NCBI GenBank assembly: GCA_008632985.1
Contig: QPGO01000013.1
Location: 620,001-684,000, forward strand
Source: Psammoneis japonica
Taxonomy: Eukaryota
Length of the DNA: 64,000 nt
Direction: 5' to 3'
The notes under the pieces are model-generated. The model worked only from the letters and a program-made list of their open reading frames with translations, did not search any database and was not told the DNA's origin. This document shows, piece after piece, positions 60,205-64,000 of this stretch (its first letter is position 1; the number at the start of each line of letters is the position of its first letter). The position numbers were made by a program, and so were the translations under genes.

Positions 60205-61114
60205 GTTGAGGACCGCTTTTGACAACCAGGAATGATATGCTGATCATCGGCATGTTTATTGTGATGAGATATTACGTGATGTTGTTTTGTCGTTTACCGT
60301 TAAAATTCAAAAACTGTTGAATGAAAAACAAAAATGTCTACGACATAACGGACATTTTCTTACTCTTCAACACTAACAAAGAATTTAAAATATTTCTCAT
60401 ACAAGGTCGTGATAAATAAGACGGCAAATCATGTAATTGTATTATATATATACACAAATAAAAATTTTTCTTGTAGCTTAGGTGCCGTTGCACGTCAGAA
60501 AGTGCTCAATTGTGATAGTGACTTTTTATATCTACAGTACAGTACCGACACTTCTTCACAACATACGGTAGACTGTACTGTAGGTATCATCATACCGGCA
60601 CTGCGAGCAGGTACAATTTTTTGGAAGAGCAATGACATGCGATGTCAGCAGCGCTTCTCGTCCAGTTGCTATGTTCTTGTTATCGCTCTCGCAGTTGTGT
60701 TGTTTTGCTGCTCTTAAATTTGTTGTGATGTCCAGTCAAACAATGTCCAGGATGGCTCGAATTTCTCCCAATGAACTCATGACAAGAAAACGCTGCAAAG
60801 TCGCCAAAGATGATGCCTCAACGACAGGGAGTGTCTTTTGGATCATTCATCGTGAAGGAAGGACAGAGTGACGCAAACGATGAATGGCCTTGTGCACTGG
60901 AGTGTTGTGTGGAATTCTGAGCAAAAGAATGAGAGCCGTCACACGACCGTGATGGGAAGACGAAGCGTTTGTGGACATCCAGACCCTTTCAGCTGGTCTT
61001 CTGATGTTGCGAAGAAGAGCGCTCGGGAAGAATTGCTGGGGCCACTGCTAGATGCCCAGCACATTAACTGCCAATGTGAACGATGCATGACACAGACTGT
61101 GTCACAAGACATTC

Positions 61115-63200
61115 TCAAGCTGCTCCTCCTGCGGACTCCGTGCTCATGCGCCTTGTGCTCTCGTTGTCTGGCAAGATGGAAAAAATGTGGTCATCCTCTG
61201 CTTCTCTGGCCTTGAGCTTGTCGGGCATTTCTTTGATAAAGGCAGCTGAATTTGGTGGTGTCGATTTGTTCTTTGATTCCCTGATGGCTCTTTCAATTGT
61301 CTCGATGGCAATCCGGTCTCCGTCGGGAAGCCGGCTGGCAAAATCCTTTGCACGCGCCGCCATTTCCTTGTCATCTAAAACCTGCCTGACCAGATCGCCT
61401 GCGCCGTTGAGTTCATCCGGTGCCATGACTCCAATGCCTGCATCGACTGTGCGTTGAGTGCTAAAATGCTGATCCGCAAAGGCCGGACAGCAAATGAGTG
61501 CGTGGCCACCCTGGATGTCCCACGTGGCTGACAAAGACTCGATTCTTTCCACTCTTGAGCACGTCAGCTTGCAGGATGATTTGGATGCAGAGATGTCCAT
61601 TGAGATGCTCTAGATGACCTCCGGACTTGGATGTTGGAGAACTGCCAATGGCAGCATCGAAGATTGGATGCAGCCGCTTTTGCTCCGATGGCCTCATGCA
61701 GCATGCATGCAGACAAAAGGCCATTTTTGTCATGCCCTTTGTGACATTTAAAGGCTGCAACACGTCGCCGTGACACATTGGCTCTTGTTGGCAGCTGTGC
61801 ATTGCACTCCTCCCCATGTGTCACGCATCCACATGCGGCTCTTTGCCAACGTGCACTGACGCTGCACGGTTTTGGCGGAACAGTGTGGGCACGTGCGAAG
61901 GAACACACAGAACTGCACAGAGTTTTGCGCATTCGACAGTGATCAACATTGCTGCAGACAACTCCCACTCAGGGTTCCTAACCCCTGGCCTCCTGCCCAA
62001 TGGTTGCGATGAACCACTCCGCTGTGAATTCACAACGCAGCATGCGTGCAGACAAAAGGTTGTTTTTGTCACGCCCTTTGTGACATTTAAAGGCTGCAAC
62101 ACGTCACCGTGATACATCAACTCTTGTTGGCAGCTGTGCATTGCACTCAAGGTGAAGAGGGTCGGGCACTGACCACCGTCGTAGGATGCCAGGCTGCGAG
62201 GAAGGTCGCCTGTCACAGCCTTTGCCTCATTCTCATTGAGCTCTGCCCTGGTGCCAAAGCAGGTGCAAATGATGCCACTGTTGGCCTTTTGCAGCCACAG
62301 ATTCAAGTCGTGGTCCATTTCAACAGCAGGGCCATTGGGGGCACTCAAGGTGCCAATGCATCTTGTGGACGCCTTGAGGCAACACTCTTCTCATCCGAGA
62401 ATGGGGCCACACCACCTGCGCACATGCAAGGATGCCGCCTTTGCCAGCCACAATGTCCATTTGTATTCGGTGCGAGACCATGTCGTGTTCGACATGCATT
62501 TGCAATTCTGCCTGATTTTCTGCACTTGCAGGTGCTCACCAAACCGTCCAAGAACTGCCAAACGAGTTGGACCAGGCACCGAAAGACATTTTTGGGAAGA
62601 CAGGTGGAGTGAGCACCAACGTGAGGGTGCGAGGTGAATGTCCGTGGCAGGAACCACGTCTTGAAGTCTCCACGGCAAGCACAAGGATCGTGCGGAAAAG
62701 ATGAAAACACAACGATGGGAGCGTCGACATGATCTCCCAAGTCACTCACAGTGTTGCCTGCAGTGCCAGCCATCCCATGGAGGGGCGCCATTGCATCGTA
62801 GTCACCTTTCTTGATGAGCTCCTTGATTGGCTCATGCATGCCTTCTTGTGACAACAGTGGGGTCTCTGGCACTGCATCTGCAAGTGGGAATGGGTTGAAC
62901 AAATGCTGCTGCCAGAACGTTTTCCAAGAGTTGGGGTTTGTGACACCCACTTCATTGAGGCACTTGGTTGAGCTGCTTGCACCAACAATGATGCATTTGA
63001 TGTTTTTCACAGCTTGGGTTTCGTGAACAACAAGGTCGTGTGACTTTCCCGAGGCAGTCGTGAGAGCAACTTGGTGTCCCGCGGCGCCGCAAACACAAGC
63101 AAGCTTTGACACCGCACAGAGATGGCTGGTCATGTCATCAGAGACGATGAGAACTCGTGATGGATTTTGAGTTGAAGTGACAGTCATTTCAGCTTTTGCA
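61115..63200 (-). pseudogene. UDP-glycosyltransferase (GT1) pseudogene within hypermutated block 6 (about 60730-63440)
   Basis: RVLIVSDDMTSHL (N-terminal His), LNLWLQ..GIICTCFGT, LQADVLKSGKNRVFVSHVG, GGHALICCPAFADQ..DAGIG (PSPG-box-like). Frameshifted and interrupted by a TRIM. Confidence 0.85.
61697..62145 (-). mobile_element. TRIM (miniature LTR element, 449 bp) inserted in the UGT gene
   Basis: 110-bp direct repeats at 61697-61806 and 62036-62145; outer ends TG...CA; 4-bp TSD CTCA (61693-61696 and 62146-62149); minus-strand polypurine tract GGGGAGGAG (61815-61807) abutting the 3' LTR. No PBS recognised. Confidence 0.85.
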
Positions 63201-63677
63201 CAATTCATTTTTGTTCTGTTGTCGAGGATTTTTTTGTCACCCTCCAATCCATCATGTGCAGCTTGTTGTCGTGCAGAACTGCGGGTTCGCTCACCACCCA
63301 CGCATTTTGTGAGGTTCACTTCCTGTCACAAAATGGACGCAATGCGACACTCAAGGAGTCTGAATGGCTCATAGAGAAGTGAACTTCACTCCGCGACACA
63401 CTGCACGGACGTCGCTGCCTGTGCGATTGCATTTTTCGTGTCTGGCGCCATTACTGTAGGGCCCTACTCTAGCTAGCTAGTGTTTGTGAGAGGTTCACAC
63501 TTCACTCGGGACTGACTTTTGTACATTCATTGAAAAGATTCAGACATGAAGGATCTTTATTATCGCAATCAGAACTTCCCCCCAACCCCCCACCCGCATT
63601 CAATCAACTCACCCTTCACAAGACAAAGAACAAGAAACAAGAACTGCCAAAGATGATTCACCTTTCAGCATGACACC

Positions 63678-64000
63678 ATGATGGCTAAGAATCTCTTACG
63701 ACTGTTGTTTTCTTTAACATTGACAATTATTACTGTCTTGAATGTCTTGGCAACCGTGAATAATATCCCGGGAGACACGCCCTTGTATGAGGTCCCGTTT
63801 CTCATGTCTCATGCTTCCGCCACAGGATACCTTGGTCGAAATGACATTGATTTGTATACAAACCGACAACAAGATGATGAAACTCCCGAGGATATACTCA
63901 TAGCATGGTCCAAGACACAGATTGGCAATATAACGCAACAGTTGAATTGTGGAGCACGAGCCTTTGATTTGCACCCCCACTTGACACTGAATCTTGAATT
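63678..64000 (+). CDS. Secreted PLC-like phosphodiesterase (PI-PLC X-domain-like), 5' part, runs off the window
   Basis: MMAKNLLRLLFSLTLTIITVLNVLA..PFLMSHASATGY..WSKTQIGNITQQLNCGARAFDL. Not in the ORF track. Confidence 0.8.
   Translation, partial: MMAKNLLRLLFSLTLTIITVLNVLATVNNIPGDTPLYEVPFLMSHASATGYLGRNDIDLYTNRQQDDETPEDILIAWSKTQIGNITQQLNCGARAFDLHPHLTLNLE

Noticed and set aside
1..64000. tRNA, rRNA or other structured RNA genes
   Set aside because: None recognised by eye. A covariance-model search would be needed to exclude them.

Overview
Eukaryotic nuclear DNA, almost certainly from a diatom (fucoxanthin-chlorophyll protein with a bipartite plastid leader, short spliceosomal introns, diatom-type retroelement relics). 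The window is a mosaic of two compartments. (1) Ordinary gene islands carry about 17 apparently intact genes: secreted C13-peptidase/IgGFc-binding fusion, cold-shock protein, spliced microprotein, SGNH hydrolase, bestrophin, Rab GTPase, FCP/Lhc, HXXXD acyltransferase-like protein, kinase with EF-hand and cNMP domains, CRAL-TRIO, DUF6604-like, ankyrin, GGCT-like, a giant mucin-like protein, a partial PLC-like gene and two divergent paralogues of an unknown family. (2) Six sharply bounded blocks (about 1-12.4, 35.3-36.3, 39.5-41.6, 44.4-46.2, 48.2-54.7 and 60.7-63.4 kb, roughly 40% of the window) are almost free of TpA, and their cores are also almost free of CpG, with TpG/CpA in excess. These blocks hold decayed CRE-like LINE, gypsy, copia-like and TRIM elements plus host-type pseudogenes (UGT, MYND) whose conserved Tyr codons now read Cys or His. 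The main candidate novel system is a domain-restricted TpA->TpG/CpA hypermutation process. It runs opposite to fungal RIP, is partly uncoupled from CpG decay and relatively spares YTAR. All counts and family assignments were made by eye; no searches were run.
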